The position numbers were made by a program, and so were the translations under genes. From IMG/VR virus record IMGVR_UViG_3300047408_000180, positions 1 to 27,364 of that record: a stretch of 27,364 nt of DNA; one strand, written 5' to 3'. This document shows, piece by piece, positions 26,353 to 27,364 of the stretch; the stretch's first letter is position 1, and every line of letters begins with the position of its first letter. The stretch comes from a virus (taxonomy: Duplodnaviria > Caudoviricetes). Below the pieces are notes generated by a model. That model ran no database searches. It was not told the origin of the DNA and worked only from the letters and a program-made list of their open reading frames with translations.

Positions 26353-27364
26353 TCATCGCCGGCTTCCTGCCGCGGCGAACCCGTACCGCGACCGCGCCGG
26401 CACCGGGGCCTGCTCGCGTTCAGCCCCCAGATAGGCCAATCCAAGGGCGATTACACAATCGTCATGCTGTCCGAACGGAGCCGAATATCTGATCATCCCG
26501 CTTGGCAGGACGCTTGCTTCATAGCCCAGCAGCTCCGCTTGCTGGACGGCGTGGTCCAGCAGCGTGAGCGCACCCTGCTCGATCGCCAGCCCGAGCGCCT
26601 GCACCAGCGCGGCCTTGCTGGCATTCGTCGCTTCCCATGCCCACACGGGCAGCGCCGCGCGTGCTCGGCCGAGAAGCCTGGCATAGCCCGTCTGGAGACG
26701 TTCGGTGAGCGGACCGCCCATGCTGTTGTGCTCCGCAACCACCAGGACGGGGTGGTACAGGTCGCACCATTTGTGCAACCGTTCGGTCTGGAGCTCGTAG
26801 TCGATCTCTGAGAACCTGTCCAGCGCGACCTGCTCCATCAGCGTCGCGTCGATTACGCAGATAGCCGTGAAGTCGTTGGTCCTGCCCCAGTCCACACCGA
26901 TGACGTACTGGTGACCACGCTGAGGACCGCGCTGCTCGAGCCGAGACACCGCGTCGACGCCCCTGAACACCCCGCCTCCCTCTAGTTGGAGGAACATCGC
27001 GTTATATTCCTGCGACCAGGCTCGCTCCGGTAGTTCTGCTTTCGCGGCCTCAAGTTCGTCAGTTGCAATGAATGGATTGACGCTGGTCGGCATCTGCCAC
27101 GATGCCCAATCGGACTGGAGTGGGTCCTGTCCGTACTGGTACAGGACGTGGAAATCGTTTAGGCCACGCGGAGTGGAAAGAAACCACGCATCGCCGCGGA
27201 GGTCCGAAAGTGTTGGCCTTAGCGCGAGCTGCCAGACATCCATCAGGTCTCGGATCAGCGCGGCCTCGTCGATGACGACGCGAGCGTACTTGCGCCCACG
27301 AGCCGGGTTGGCATCATCCGCACTCCAGCATTCGATAACCCCGTGGGTGCGCAGTTCCAACCGG
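26353..27364 (-). CDS. terL: Terminase large subunit (5' end outside the window)
   Basis: Walker B VVIDEAA, motif III LSTPRG, RNase H-like nuclease IGVDWGR...HDDCVIAL; frame open to the window edge. Confidence 0.9.
   Translation of the reverse strand, partial: RLELRTHGVIECWSADDANPARGRKYARVVIDEAALIRDLMDVWQLALRPTLSDLRGDAWFLSTPRGLNDFHVLYQYGQDPLQSDWASWQMPTSVNPFIATDELEAAKAELPERAWSQEYNAMFLQLEGGGVFRGVDAVSRLEQRGPQRGHQYVIGVDWGRTNDFTAICVIDATLMEQVALDRFSEIDYELQTERLHKWCDLYHPVLVVAEHNSMGGPLTERLQTGYARLLGRARAALPVWAWEATNASKAALVQALGLAIEQGALTLLDHAVQQAELLGYEASVLPSGMIRYSAPFGQHDDCVIALGLAYLGAEREQAPVPARSRYGFAAAGSRR

Noticed and set aside
26091-26444. ORFs 26091..26306(+), 26193..26444(-) and 25993..26196(+) across array A
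   Set aside because: Their Arg/Pro/Ala/Gly-rich translations are by-products of a stop-poor period-5 repeat; no RBS, and they overlap real genes.

Overview
This is a GC-rich (roughly 65%) fragment of a tailed dsDNA phage or prophage with a podovirus-like layout. The left ~1.6 kb holds small + strand accessory genes, several of them Cys-rich. From 1805 to the right edge, a translationally coupled - strand virion operon runs, in transcription order: terminase large subunit (partial), an inserted cassette, portal, three putative ejection proteins, scaffold, major capsid protein, small head/tail proteins, tail adaptor, nozzle and fibre, a C39-like peptidase (lysin) and two small membrane proteins. 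One ejection protein is 1574 aa with lytic transglycosylase, peptidase and ART-like domains. The standout feature is the cassette between terL and portal. It encodes a solo RAMP/Cas7-like protein with a C-terminal G-rich loop and a wHTH/coiled-coil partner. Two non-coding arrays of strictly phased pentamers, (NN-GGY)n on the transcribed strand, bracket these genes (41 and 45 units, variable NN). A stand-alone prim-pol domain follows. The cassette looks like a non-CRISPR, repeat-encoded RNA-guided system. All functional calls come from motif recognition by eye; no searches were run.
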